From an uncultured delta proteobacterium (GTDB lineage Bacteria > Desulfobacterota > Desulfobacteria > Desulfobacterales > B30-G6), in assembly GCA_963823335.1 (NCBI GenBank), contig CAWGLD010000008.1, positions 32,001-96,000 of the forward strand: a stretch of DNA of 64,000 nucleotides. Direction: 5' to 3'. Made by a program: the position numbers and the translations under genes. Shown in pieces: positions 50,263 to 60,842 of the stretch. Position 1 is the first letter of the stretch. Each line of letters opens with the position of its first letter. The notes under the pieces are model-generated. The model was not told the origin of the DNA, made no database searches, and saw only the letters and a program-made list of their open reading frames with translations.

Positions 50263-51108
50263 ATGAACCCACGCAAAACGTTCACCCAAAATGAAATCAG
50301 GGCCTTTGCGCCGGCAGAAAAAATCGGTCTGGTTGCCTGCATCAATCCCGAAGGTGGCATCCACGTGACGCTCATCACCAGCATCATGGCCGCAGGCCCC
50401 GGGCAGCTGACCCTCGGTCAATTCAGCACAGGCCTCAGCAAATACTATATGCAGTTAAATCCGAAGATAGGGTTTCTGGTTATGTCCATGGACAGGCGGC
50501 TCTGGCGAGGCAAAGCCCGTTGGACGCACAAGCGGTCAGAAGGTCCTGAATACGAAATCTACAACAACCAGCCCATGTTCCGCTACAATGCATATTTCGG
50601 CATCAATACGGTGCATTATCTGGATCTCGTGGAAATCTGCAGTGAAGGAAAACTTCCCATGGGAAAAATCATACCGGCGGCCATCATCACCCGGGTTGCC
50701 AAGGGAGCCGCCGCTACTGGGAACCATAAGGCGATCCTCAAACCTTTTGCCGAAAACCTGTTCAACCAACTCGACGCACTCAAGTTCCTGGCCTATCTCG
50801 GTCAAAACGGTTTCCCCAGAATCATCCCTGTCATTCAATGTCAGGCCTCCGACAGTCGACGCCTGGTTTTCTCTACCCTGGCTTTTCACGACGATCTGCA
50901 AACCCTTGCAGCCGACACCACTGTAGGTATTTTCGGACTCAATCTGAAAATGCAGTCTGTTTTTGTTCGAGGTATTTTCCGTGGATTCAAGCGCTATCGC
51001 GGTGCCACCCTGGGTGTTCTTGACATCGACTGGGTATACAATTCCATGCCTCCGAGCCATGGGCAGATTTATCCTGAATCGAAACTTGAACCTGTGACGG
51101 TTTTTTAA
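50263..51108 (+). CDS. Tandem pyridoxamine-5'-phosphate-oxidase-like (split-barrel) protein
   Basis: Two similar halves (KIGLVACINPEGGIHVT / KFLAYLGQNGFPRII) resembling PNPOx-like first strands. Confidence 0.6.
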   Translation: MNPRKTFTQNEIRAFAPAEKIGLVACINPEGGIHVTLITSIMAAGPGQLTLGQFSTGLSKYYMQLNPKIGFLVMSMDRRLWRGKARWTHKRSEGPEYEIYNNQPMFRYNAYFGINTVHYLDLVEICSEGKLPMGKIIPAAIITRVAKGAAATGNHKAILKPFAENLFNQLDALKFLAYLGQNGFPRIIPVIQCQASDSRRLVFSTLAFHDDLQTLAADTTVGIFGLNLKMQSVFVRGIFRGFKRYRGATLGVLDIDWVYNSMPPSHGQIYPESKLEPVTVF

Positions 51109-51171
51109 ATATGAAGCCCATCATTCCAATCCTCCATAATTTCCTTGCATGAGGAGCATGGCATGTCCGGA

Positions 51172-52059
51172 CTAACGCGTGGCGCTGTCGAGATCGGCCA
51201 TCTCACGGAGGGTGCGGGCTATGGCTGACATGTCCTCGTCGCCATACCCCCTGCCGATGATGCCGTTTTCGATCTGATCCACCAAAGCGCCGATGGGCAG
51301 GGCTACCCCCAGATCCCGGGCCGCCTCGAGGGCGATACGCAGATCCTTGTGGTGCAGTCTGGCACGGAACCCCAGCGGATAGGTGTTGTTGACCATGTTC
51401 ATGGCCCGATTTGACAACACCCAGGATCCTGCCGCACCACCGGAGATGGCCTTGATGACCTTGTGCATGTCGAGCCCTGCTTTCATCCCCAGAACCATGC
51501 CTTCGGCAACGCCCATAAAAACCCCTGCAAGAATCACCTGGTTGATGGCCTTGGTAATCTGCCCGGATCCGATACCCCCCACATGCGTAATAATTTTCCC
51601 CATGGCTTCCAGCACGGGCATGGCATGTTGAACATCTTCTTTTTCTCCCCCTACCATAATGGCCAGGGTACCATTCTGGGCGCCTTCGGAGCCACCTGAA
51701 ACCGGTGCATCGATCATGCGGATTTCTTTCTCGGCAAGGGCTGCGGCCATTTCACGTGTGGCCGTGGGGCTGATGGTGGACATGTCAACCAGCAGGCTTC
51801 CAACCGGGGCACCATGGATGATACCCTCATCCCCCAATACGATCGTTTCCACATCTGGCGTGTCACTGACACAGGTGATGATGATCCCGGCACCTGCGGC
51901 TGCCTCCCGGGGTGTATCGGCCCGTACTGCCCCCGCATCGACCAGGGGCAGCTCTTTTTCCCGGGTCCGGTTGTGAACAACCACCTCATGCCCGGCTTTT
52001 AAAATATTAAGCGCCATGGGAGCTCCCATGGTTCCCATTCCGATAAACGCAACCTTCAT
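51172..52059 (-). CDS. Beta-hydroxyacid dehydrogenase (3-hydroxyisobutyrate DH / GarR family)
   Basis: FIGMGTMGAPMA, DAPVSGG, GSGQITKAINQ and KDL motifs. Confidence 0.9.
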   Translation of the reverse strand: MKVAFIGMGTMGAPMALNILKAGHEVVVHNRTREKELPLVDAGAVRADTPREAAAGAGIIITCVSDTPDVETIVLGDEGIIHGAPVGSLLVDMSTISPTATREMAAALAEKEIRMIDAPVSGGSEGAQNGTLAIMVGGEKEDVQHAMPVLEAMGKIITHVGGIGSGQITKAINQVILAGVFMGVAEGMVLGMKAGLDMHKVIKAISGGAAGSWVLSNRAMNMVNNTYPLGFRARLHHKDLRIALEAARDLGVALPIGALVDQIENGIIGRGYGDEDMSAIARTLREMADLDSATR

Positions 52060-52120
52060 TGCTTTCCTCCTGTTTTGAGCCATAAGCAGTAAGCCTTAAG
52101 CTGCTTAGCGCTTACAGCTT

Positions 52121-52376
52121 ACTGCCTCAACTTTCGGTTTTCGCCACAAATAGAGCGAAATGGGTGATCCAATGGTGATTTGCGCTGTTAGAGCCAATTA
52201 GGGCACCTTACATCAGCGCATGTTAATGAAAATCCAATATGAAAACTCGGTCATTTGGCAGACATGCCTTTTTAACTATATGGCCGGCGCTGATGTTAGG
52301 AGCCCTTGCGGCGAGTTCGCAAAGCGCCAGGGGATGATTCATTTCGCGTTCGCTGAACCCAGAAAGTTGAGTCACT
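52121..52376. other. Long (~255 bp) imperfect fold-back element
   Basis: Nested IRs: CTCAACTTTC/GAAAGTTGAG, GCGAAATG/CATTTCGC, GGGCACCTTACATCAGCGC/GCGCTGATGTTAGGAGCCC. Confidence 0.55.
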
Positions 52377-52378
52377 GC

Positions 52379-53035
52379 TTAGTCAAATATCTCTATCCCT
52401 TCGACAATACCCCCGCCGAACGCGACAACGGTTTCGGCTGCAATGGACAAGCCTTCTTTGAGATATGCACCGTCGATACCGGGAACGGCATAGGCATAAA
52501 AAAGAACATTACCCGTCGTCTCCCTCACCCGCGTCTTTTCGTCTGCCCCCTGGCATAGAACACAGACAATATCCTTGTCATCCCGCAGCACGATCTCATT
52601 TTCTTTCAAGACGAATTCACGATTTCCCATCCCCGCACATATCTCCCCTTCCGTGGCCACATCCAGCGTCAACCCGCCGTCAAACCTGTCGAAATCGGTC
52701 ACGGCCACCAGAATGCCGGCACACATCTCGGCCATGAAGTGGGCATCCACAAGAAGAGCGTACTGGGGAAAGCCACTGTTGACGGTCCGCTTCAGATGCT
52801 GGACCAGTGGACACGAATAGCCAAAGCCCTGGAAAAAGTCTGCATAGGTATCGATACGCCGGGTAATCTGCACCAGGGTCTCCCGCTTGCGCATTTTCCG
52901 CAAACGCTTTTTCTTGTAAGCTTTGAACTCGGGCGGGTTTTGCGCATCCCGACAGCCGCTGATCAGGGTCAAACCGAATGCGACACCTGGATAACGCTGG
53001 GTATATTTCTGCGAAAGGGCAAATACGGGAAACAT
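52379..53035 (-). CDS. Stand-alone B3/B4 (PheRS beta-like) domain protein
   Basis: LVDA, D.D...G.LTL..A.EGE, EIVLRD, D..TRV...T.NVL pattern. Confidence 0.7.
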   Translation of the reverse strand: MFPVFALSQKYTQRYPGVAFGLTLISGCRDAQNPPEFKAYKKKRLRKMRKRETLVQITRRIDTYADFFQGFGYSCPLVQHLKRTVNSGFPQYALLVDAHFMAEMCAGILVAVTDFDRFDGGLTLDVATEGEICAGMGNREFVLKENEIVLRDDKDIVCVLCQGADEKTRVRETTGNVLFYAYAVPGIDGAYLKEGLSIAAETVVAFGGGIVEGIEIFD

Positions 53036-53127
53036 GACATCTCCTTCGGAGATATTAGCTGTAAGCGATAAACTCTAAAGCCGTTCAAAACGTGGAACTG
53101 ACTGCAGCCTCCTGGCCTCCAAGCATC

Positions 53128-53442
53128 CTATGCGGGGCGATCGTCCCCACCGTCCCCACCATCTTCCACTTCATCATCAAGCTTTTGATAGGTTTTTTGA
53201 TTTCGGCGTCTTACGAGCAGATAGCAGCCGGCCAAGGTCAGCAGGATACCCATGGGAAGCAAAAGCTCGGGCAGCATCAGATGACGTTCCTGCTCCATGG
53301 CGCGGGCGGATTCGATCACGGTGGGGCGTGCAGTGTCATGCATTCGGGTTTGAATCGTGAGGAAAACGGCCCCCATGTAGACGAGGACGAACAGAATTGC
53401 GCCGATGCCGAGCCATCTCTGCAGTTTTTTAGTATCGTTCAT
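53128..53442 (-). CDS. Small two-TM hypothetical protein
   Basis: Two hydrophobic segments and an acidic tail; overlaps the upstream ORF by 4 nt (ATGA). Confidence 0.55.
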   Translation of the reverse strand: MNDTKKLQRWLGIGAILFVLVYMGAVFLTIQTRMHDTARPTVIESARAMEQERHLMLPELLLPMGILLTLAGCYLLVRRRNQKTYQKLDDEVEDGGDGGDDRPA

Positions 53443-53621
53443 GTCTGTTTCAGCTTTTCAACGGTCTCGAGGTCGCACACATCAAAAATCTGACCGCAGC
53501 CGCCGCACAGCATTTCGCAAGCGTCAGGATTGCGTGTCCGCCTGCGTGTCAATTCCGCCCGGCAGTCCGGGCAGACCAGATCTTTCAAGTTTTCATCTGT
53601 TGGTTTATGTTCACTGTTCAT
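53439..53621 (-). CDS. Small zinc-ribbon-like protein
   Basis: CPDC...CGGC; GGAGAG upstream; coupled to the downstream ORF. Confidence 0.6.
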   Translation of the reverse strand: MNSEHKPTDENLKDLVCPDCRAELTRRRTRNPDACEMLCGGCGQIFDVCDLETVEKLKQT

Positions 53622-53918
53622 GATGGTCTCTCCATGTTTTTTGTGCTTGGTATTTGGTGTTTTGTGTTTGGCGTTTGGTGTTTGGTATTACGTGTTTCGT
53701 GTGTGACCTTCAGCCACCCTCCAACCCCTGCCAAACGTCAGGAAGCTAGGATGCTGCTATCCGCTTATACCAGTCAACCACCCTCCAACCCTTTTATCAC
53801 CCTCCAACCCTTGTATCACCCTCGGACCCTATCTTAATACACCACCCGTCTCGAAATGTCGATTGTTCATCTCTATCGGGTGTGTTAAAAGTACCCTGAA
53901 ATAACCCAGGAGACAAAA

Positions 53919-55298
53919 TTGAGCGATTATACTCCCCAGGAAAAATCCGCCCTGATCGTAGCATCCATTACATCATTTATGGGGCCATTTGTGATCTCAT
54001 CGGTCAATGTAGCCCTGCCGTCAATCCAGAAGGAATTCAATGCCGATGCCGTTCAGCTCAGTTGGATCGCCACGGCACTTCTCCTGGCCGTGGCCGTAAC
54101 GCTGGTACCGGCCGGCAGAATCGCCGACATTCACGGCCGTAAAAGAATTTTCACCTGGGGCTTGGCATTATACACCTTGGCCTCTCTGGTAGCGGCTTTT
54201 GCCAATTCCATTGAAATGCTTATTTTTTGTCGTGTTTTCCAGGGAATCGGGTCGGCCATGTTCCTCACCACCGGCATGGCGATCATCACCTCCATCTTTC
54301 CGCCAAAAAAAAGGGGCAAGGCCATCGGCATCTATGTGTCCGCCGTATATATCGGGCTCTCGACCGGGCCGTTTGTGGGTGGAATACTCACCCAAAACAT
54401 CGGCTGGAGAAGCCTCTTTATTACGGTTGTGCCACTCGGTATTGCATCCATTCTTATTACCTTCAAATACTTAAAGGGAGAATGGGCCGATGCCAAGGGC
54501 GAACCGCTGGACGTCTTCGGCAGCTTCCTGTATGGAATTGCCATTTTGGCATGGGTGTATGGCGCTTCGCTGTTACTGAGCATGGCGGCGCTTTATTTAA
54601 TGGCTTTCGGGACCGTTTGCATGGGGATTTTTATCTGGCAGGAACTTCGGGTGCGTTATCCCGTGGTCGAGGTCAGACTTTTTACTCAGAACAAACTCTT
54701 CACTTTTTCCAGTCTTGCCGCCATGATCCATTATGCTGCTACCTTCGCCATAACGTTTCTCATCAGTCTGTACCTGCAATATATCAAAGGCCTTTCACCC
54801 CAGGCCGCCGGTATGATTATTGTTGCTCAACCCATCATGATGGCCACGTTCTCCCCGCTGGCCGGCAAATGGTCGGATCATATCGAGCCCAGAAAAATCG
54901 CCTCTTTTGGTATGGCGTTGACCGCCCTGGGGCTGTTTCTGCTGGCGTGGATCGGAAGCGATACCGGCCTGGTCTATATCACATCGGCCCTGCTCCTTTT
55001 GGGGTTTGGGTTTGCCCTGTTTTCTTCGCCCAATATGAACGCCATCATGGGCTCGGTGGAAAAACGCTATCTGGGAATCGCCTCCGGCACGGTGGCCACC
55101 ATGCGCTTGATGGGTCAGATGGCCAGTATGGCCATTGTCATGGTGATGTTTGCCGTGGTTATCGGTCGCGTTGAAATAGCTCCGGAAAATTATCCTCAGT
55201 TTATCAGATGTGTAAACCTGTCCTTTTCTATTTTTGTCTTCCTGTGCATTACAGGAATCTTTTTTTCCCTGTTCCGGGGTGAAGTGAGAGGCAAATAA
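53919..55298 (+). CDS. MFS transporter, DHA2/EmrB-like
   Basis: VNVALPSI, GRIADIHGRKR, RVFQGIG, GP.VGG.L and FSSPN; TTG start after AGGAG. Confidence 0.9.
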   Translation: MSDYTPQEKSALIVASITSFMGPFVISSVNVALPSIQKEFNADAVQLSWIATALLLAVAVTLVPAGRIADIHGRKRIFTWGLALYTLASLVAAFANSIEMLIFCRVFQGIGSAMFLTTGMAIITSIFPPKKRGKAIGIYVSAVYIGLSTGPFVGGILTQNIGWRSLFITVVPLGIASILITFKYLKGEWADAKGEPLDVFGSFLYGIAILAWVYGASLLLSMAALYLMAFGTVCMGIFIWQELRVRYPVVEVRLFTQNKLFTFSSLAAMIHYAATFAITFLISLYLQYIKGLSPQAAGMIIVAQPIMMATFSPLAGKWSDHIEPRKIASFGMALTALGLFLLAWIGSDTGLVYITSALLLLGFGFALFSSPNMNAIMGSVEKRYLGIASGTVATMRLMGQMASMAIVMVMFAVVIGRVEIAPENYPQFIRCVNLSFSIFVFLCITGIFFSLFRGEVRGK

Positions 55299-55438
55299 AA
55301 TCGTGTGCCGATTCTATGGAATGCGGGGATATTGGAACAAAGTTTACCCAATATTCCAGCGATCCACTATTCCATTCTTGAAGAGATTCGCTCAGAATGT
55401 ATCGCTTCTTTATGGGATATAACCTTGAAAATATTCAT

Positions 55439-56845
55439 TTAGTCAAGGTTGTCCCGATAAAGCGTCACACCATAGGGTATCTTGCCAGGCGTGAAATCAT
55501 GCGGTTTGGTAAACAACGCATCGTCGTAAATCTCTTTCAACAAGACATCACGGAAATTTGGATGAGCGATACTCGCAATGGCCAAGGCTTTGTTGCCTAT
55601 GGTCAAACCTCGCAGGTCAGCGATACCATATTCCGTCACCACCACCACACCGTCATAGGCCGAAGCTGTCAAACTGATGCCGGGTGGATGCATGCGCACG
55701 ATTTTGGACTTGCCCTTGTTTGTCAGACTTTTCAGGGCGATGATGGGCGTTCCAATGGAAGCATCATTAACGGCGCGGATAAAATCGGGCTGACCACCAA
55801 CACCGCTGTAATACCGGCGCGGATCAATAAAATCGGCCCACACATTCCCAAACAGGTCCACACCGATGGCGGTATTGATGGAAATAAAAGGCCGGTTGGC
55901 CCGTATGGTATCGCTTGCATTTGTGTAAGATGCCGGACGCATTTGAACACCTGAACGCATGTGAACATAATCGTACAGCTCCCTCGATCCCATGATCAGG
56001 CAGGTGGTGCTGTACCCCATGTTGGCCTTTTTTCTGCGGTTTGTGACGATCCCGTCCTTTTGGAGAAGCATCAAGCCGTCACCATAAAGCTCTGTCTGCA
56101 CACCCAGGTTTTTCAGACCCGCCTCCCGGATGGTCCCGACGACGGCATCCGGTATCTTGCCGATACCGACCTGCAGTGTCACACCATCAGCGATAAAATA
56201 GGTGGTAATCAGTTCACCGATCCGACGCTCTTCGGGTGAGAGATCATCAAAGTCCGGCGGATCGAAATCATATACCGCCTGCACCCCTTCTTCTATCAGA
56301 TAATCGATGGATCCGGCATCCACCAGACTCTGGCCTTGGGTAAACGGCATGCTGGCATCCAATTCGGCAATAACGATCCGGGCATGGTCGATGGCAGTGT
56401 GAAGTGCCTCAACTGAGAGGCCCAGGCTGTACTCCCCGGTATGGGGATGTCGACTGACTTTCATGATCACTATTTCAGGTTCGTACTTTTGTCCCTTGCC
56501 GATCAATCCACCTATATTGGCCAGTGTGCAGGGCAGGTAGAAAGCGCGCCCTTCGTTGGCAGCCTCACGGACGGATCCTCCGGAAAAAATCGAATAGGTC
56601 ATAATCCGATCCTGCAATCCTTCCGCGACATAGGGTACGGGCCCCTGAGTCAGCAGGTGTACCATGCGTATGAAGGGAAGCCGCGGTGCGCGGGCTTCGA
56701 TGGCTCGGGTCAACGATTCGATCGAGGCGGTCGGAGTGGCTGCATTGGACCCAAGGTAACAGGTGATGGCCTCCCGACCACTGAATCTGTCTGATATAAC
56801 ATCGGCGATTTCATTCAGACGAATCTTTTTGGGTACTGTGGTCAT
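55439..56845 (-). CDS. Acetyl-CoA hydrolase / 4-hydroxybutyrate CoA-transferase family
   Basis: TLQVGIGKIP, SGVGGQPDF, VVTEYGIADL and IAHP.FR motifs. Confidence 0.88.
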   Translation of the reverse strand: MTTVPKKIRLNEIADVISDRFSGREAITCYLGSNAATPTASIESLTRAIEARAPRLPFIRMVHLLTQGPVPYVAEGLQDRIMTYSIFSGGSVREAANEGRAFYLPCTLANIGGLIGKGQKYEPEIVIMKVSRHPHTGEYSLGLSVEALHTAIDHARIVIAELDASMPFTQGQSLVDAGSIDYLIEEGVQAVYDFDPPDFDDLSPEERRIGELITTYFIADGVTLQVGIGKIPDAVVGTIREAGLKNLGVQTELYGDGLMLLQKDGIVTNRRKKANMGYSTTCLIMGSRELYDYVHMRSGVQMRPASYTNASDTIRANRPFISINTAIGVDLFGNVWADFIDPRRYYSGVGGQPDFIRAVNDASIGTPIIALKSLTNKGKSKIVRMHPPGISLTASAYDGVVVVTEYGIADLRGLTIGNKALAIASIAHPNFRDVLLKEIYDDALFTKPHDFTPGKIPYGVTLYRDNLD

Positions 56846-56846
56846 C

Positions 56847-58502
56847 TCAAACGTCTCTTTCTTTCAGTTTCCGGCGCAATACCTTTCCCACCGCTGTCTT
56901 GGGCAGCTCGTCGATAAATTCGACTATTTTGGGAACCTTATATGCCGCAAGATTCTTGCGACAGAACTCGACCACCTCTTCCTGGGTGAGGGTCTCGCCG
57001 GGTTTGACCACCACAAAGGCTTTGACGGTTTCCCCCCGGTACGCGTCTTTGACGCCCACGGTGCACGCTTCCAGAATCTTGGGGTGATCGAACAGGACGC
57101 CATCCACCTCGACCGGATAGATATTATACCCGCCGGCAATGATCATGTCCTTCTTCCTGTCCGTAATTTTCAGGTAACCTTCCTCGTCAAAACAGCCGAT
57201 GTCCCCGGTGTAAAACCAGCCATCCTTCAGAACCTTGGCTGTCTCCTCGGGCTTTTTGTAGTAGCCCATCATGATCTGCGGGCCCTTGATGAGAATCTCC
57301 CCGTGTTCGCCCTGGGGTAGTTCATTTTCACCTGTTTCGATGTCCACAATCCTGACATCGGTGTCGGCCACCGGGATACCGACGGTACCGGCTTTGACCT
57401 GGCCTCCCCAGGGTGTGATCGTCACAAAGGGGCCTGCTTCCGTAGAGCCATATACTTCACACATCATGGCCCCGGTAAGGTCATTGAGATCCTTGATGGT
57501 GTCTGCCGCCAGAGGCGCAGCTCCTGAAAAAAAACCCTTGATGGAAGAGAGATCGAGATTACGAAACGCGGGCTCCGCCAGGAGTCCCACAAAAATAGTC
57601 GGAACACCCGGTAAAAAGGTGGGTTTGTATTTTTTAATGATATCAATATTGATCTGGGGTTCCGGCCGTGGAACCATGATGTCTTCCCAGGCCTGCCAGA
57701 TGGTAAAATTCTGGATGGCGGCAAATCCAGCCGTGTGAAAAACAGGAAAATTCCCCACCAGTCGCTCTTCGCCCTGCTGGAGGCTGGGAAACCACGCTAC
57801 AGCCTGTTGTGCGTTGGAACTTAAATGGGAATGACTCTGCATGACACCTTTGCTGACACCGGTGGTACCGCCGGTATACAATATGGCACCCACTGAATCC
57901 CAGTCACTTTTATCCTCAACAGGCTCCGGAGAATATTTGGATATAATATCTGAAAAGACCAGCACATCCGCCGTGGGTACAATCTTTCGAACCATATCCT
58001 TTTTCACGAAGGGAAATAGTTGTTTTTTCGGGAAAGGCAGATATGAATGAATATGACAGCCAATTATCTTTTGTAACTGGGTCTTTGGCTTGATCTTCTC
58101 CATCCTGGGAACCAGAAGCGTTAAGGTAATGACCAACTTGGAATCCGAGTCATTGAGCTGATAGGCAAGTTCCCTTTCGGTATAAAGCGGGTTGTTTTGG
58201 ACCACAACGGCACCCACACGAAATATGGCAAGATCCGAGACAATCACTTGTGGAATATTGGGCAGACACACACCGACCTTGTCTCCCGGTTCTATCCCCA
58301 TGTCTATGAGGGCTTTTGAAAATCGGTTCACAAGTTCATTTAGTTCCCGGTATGAAATTCGTTTGCCCATGTAATTGAGGGCTGTTTTATCGGGAAAATT
58401 TTTTGCTGATCTGGTCAGGGCCTCTGAAATAGTTACTTTTTCATAGTCGATTGTCTTTTTGACGCCTTCCGCATATGACTTGTGCCATAATTTTTCTTCC
58501 AT
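56847..58502 (-). CDS. Long-chain acyl-CoA ligase (FadD-like)
   Basis: YTGGTTGVSKG, YGSTE, TGD, DRKKDMI and PKTAVGK; start 58502. Confidence 0.92.
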   Translation of the reverse strand: MEEKLWHKSYAEGVKKTIDYEKVTISEALTRSAKNFPDKTALNYMGKRISYRELNELVNRFSKALIDMGIEPGDKVGVCLPNIPQVIVSDLAIFRVGAVVVQNNPLYTERELAYQLNDSDSKLVITLTLLVPRMEKIKPKTQLQKIIGCHIHSYLPFPKKQLFPFVKKDMVRKIVPTADVLVFSDIISKYSPEPVEDKSDWDSVGAILYTGGTTGVSKGVMQSHSHLSSNAQQAVAWFPSLQQGEERLVGNFPVFHTAGFAAIQNFTIWQAWEDIMVPRPEPQINIDIIKKYKPTFLPGVPTIFVGLLAEPAFRNLDLSSIKGFFSGAAPLAADTIKDLNDLTGAMMCEVYGSTEAGPFVTITPWGGQVKAGTVGIPVADTDVRIVDIETGENELPQGEHGEILIKGPQIMMGYYKKPEETAKVLKDGWFYTGDIGCFDEEGYLKITDRKKDMIIAGGYNIYPVEVDGVLFDHPKILEACTVGVKDAYRGETVKAFVVVKPGETLTQEEVVEFCRKNLAAYKVPKIVEFIDELPKTAVGKVLRRKLKERDV

Positions 58503-58590
58503 ACCCACCTCCCCAGTTTCAGAAATAAACGTGGCAACACCACTCCCGATCCGAGATTGGCCTGCAATTGAATTGCAGGCCAATTTCGGA

Positions 58591-59667
58591 TTATTGCATC
58601 AGTTTTTCGAGCTTTCCCCGTTCCGAGGCAATTCTGATATATGTTTCCCCTCCGGATTTGGGTGGGTCATACTGCTGCTCTTCAGGTTTCTTGATCAAAG
58701 AGAGTGCCTCCACGGGACACGTGGTAACACAGAGACCGCACCCGATGCACCGCCCCAGCTCTATCTGGGCGATATCATCGACCATGGTGATGGCATCCAT
58801 CTGACAGCGGTCCAGACATGTCTCACACCCCGTGCATTCATCCGCGTCCACTTCTGCAAAATAGTTGCTCTTGACGGCATCCGCAGGAACGGGCTGGGCT
58901 TTGATGCCTCGCAAAACGCCACAGCAGCACCCGCAGCAGCTGCACATACCACCGGCTTTTTGGGAATTAAACGGCTGCATCACCAGACCGGCCTTTTCAT
59001 TGGCGATCACAATCTCTTTGGCCTCATCGATACCGATGTATCGGCCCATGCCGTTTTCAACATAATAGTCCGCATGAGATCCGAAAGAAAAACAATTTCC
59101 CAAAGGCTTGTCACATCGTTCACCCGTAAGATCCTTTGTGGTTCGGCATACACAGGGCGAGACAGCAATGGTTGTCTGATTTTGGAGAATATCGAGAACA
59201 TCCTCGAAAGGCGCCACCGGATAATCCACCACCAGCTGGCGATCGATGGGAACTGTTCGCAGTACCGGTGTCTGAAAGCCCTGAATACTTTTGCTGAATG
59301 CCGTCTCGAAATATTCTTCATGATCCCGGGCAAACTCCGCGTCCATGTGGTTGAGCTGAAACTCAAAGATGCCGACCACGTATGGAACAGCGGCATATCG
59401 TACATTCTCTCCTTTCCTGACCCTGAAAAGAAGCCCCTTTTTTGCCATCTCCTCCAGCTGGTCTGCCAGTTCATCTGCCTTCAGGCTCAGCCGTTTGGCA
59501 ATATCCCCCGGAGACTCAGGAATCGGTCTCAGTTTGACAAACAAATCCGCCTGGGATTCAGTAAATATTTTTTTCAGAATTCGCATCTCCACGCCACTCT
59601 CGGTGGCGGGAAACCCGACAGCCATGTCATCCAGCCGTTCTCTCAGTCGTTCATATACATTTTCCAT
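58591..59667 (-). CDS. Iron-sulfur protein with N-terminal wHTH-like region and C-terminal 2x[4Fe-4S] domain
   Basis: CVCR, CSCCGCCC, CTGCETCLDRC and CIGCGLCVTTCP motifs. Confidence 0.8.
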   Translation of the reverse strand: MENVYERLRERLDDMAVGFPATESGVEMRILKKIFTESQADLFVKLRPIPESPGDIAKRLSLKADELADQLEEMAKKGLLFRVRKGENVRYAAVPYVVGIFEFQLNHMDAEFARDHEEYFETAFSKSIQGFQTPVLRTVPIDRQLVVDYPVAPFEDVLDILQNQTTIAVSPCVCRTTKDLTGERCDKPLGNCFSFGSHADYYVENGMGRYIGIDEAKEIVIANEKAGLVMQPFNSQKAGGMCSCCGCCCGVLRGIKAQPVPADAVKSNYFAEVDADECTGCETCLDRCQMDAITMVDDIAQIELGRCIGCGLCVTTCPVEALSLIKKPEEQQYDPPKSGGETYIRIASERGKLEKLMQ

Positions 59668-60644
59668 TATACAGCCACCTTCATTTTGTTTAATCGCGAT
59701 AAAAGCGCTTCAGCTTCAGTGATAATTCCTTCGATAACTTCCCTGACGGTTTTGATTCTATCAATGGAGCCCACCACCTGACCGCAGGCGATGGGGCTGA
59801 TCTCCGAATCCCCGGAATCATAGGCCAGCTTGCCCTTGCCACCGGCCACCGTTTCGATAATCTCCTCAAAAGAGGCACTCTGCGCCTCCAGGGCCAGGCA
59901 TTCATCCGCCAGCTTGTTTTTGACACATCGAACCGGGTTACTCAAAGAATTCAGCAGCAGGCAGGTCTCTGTCTCCTTGGTCTGGACCAGTCGCTCCTTG
60001 ATAGCATCATGAGCCGGACATTCCCGGGTGGCAAAAAAAGCCGTTCCCATGAGAACCGCTTCCGCTCCCATAGCCATGGCACCCAAGAAGCCCTTGCCAT
60101 CGCAGATACCGCCACCCGCAATCACTGGTATCTCCAGCTCCGATACGGCTTTGGGGATCATAACGAAATTGGCAACGCTTTCCATACCTATATGCCCACC
60201 TGATCCATATCCTATAAGGGTTACGGCATCAACCCCATGTTTCTGTGCGCTCAGGGCGTGTCGGACAGACGTCAATTTGTGGATGACCTTGATATCGGCC
60301 TCCTTCAACTTTGGCAGCAGGGGAGCCGGGCTTGTTCCGGCAGTTTCTACGACCCTGACACCTTCTTCACAAATTACATCGCAAAACTGCTGGGTTCTCT
60401 CGAGTATACCAAACTCCGGAACCATGGACAGGTTGACACCAAACGGCTTGTCCGTAAGGGTCCTCGTCAACCGTATTTCCTCACGCAGATCCTCCGGTGT
60501 CTCCAGCGATTCGGCGGTAATAAAGGCAATACCGCCGGCATTGCATATTTCGGCTACAAAGGCTGCGCGGCTGAGCCACTGCATACCACCGCACAGAATG
60601 GGATACTTGATGCCGAGCATTTCCGTTATTCGTGTTTTGAACAT
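59667..60644 (-). CDS. Nitronate monooxygenase / FabK-like flavoprotein
   Basis: GIKYPI..GGM, TDKPFGVN, GGH.G, PVIAGGGI.DG and MGT.F; start 60644. Confidence 0.85.
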   Translation of the reverse strand: MFKTRITEMLGIKYPILCGGMQWLSRAAFVAEICNAGGIAFITAESLETPEDLREEIRLTRTLTDKPFGVNLSMVPEFGILERTQQFCDVICEEGVRVVETAGTSPAPLLPKLKEADIKVIHKLTSVRHALSAQKHGVDAVTLIGYGSGGHIGMESVANFVMIPKAVSELEIPVIAGGGICDGKGFLGAMAMGAEAVLMGTAFFATRECPAHDAIKERLVQTKETETCLLLNSLSNPVRCVKNKLADECLALEAQSASFEEIIETVAGGKGKLAYDSGDSEISPIACGQVVGSIDRIKTVREVIEGIITEAEALLSRLNKMKVAV

Positions 60645-60842
60645 GTGTTGTCTCCTGACGTTCTTTGTGTTTTGTGTTTGGTGGTTAGCGTAAGCCAAGG
60701 TCTTGCTCTCCAGACCTCGGGCCCTCCAACCCTTCTCATTCACTCCTGGAACCTTCTATCTGCCATGAGGCTGGGAGGCTGCCATCAGCTGATAGCCTTC
60801 AACTACCCTCGGACCCTTGTATCACCCTCAAACCCTCAGACC

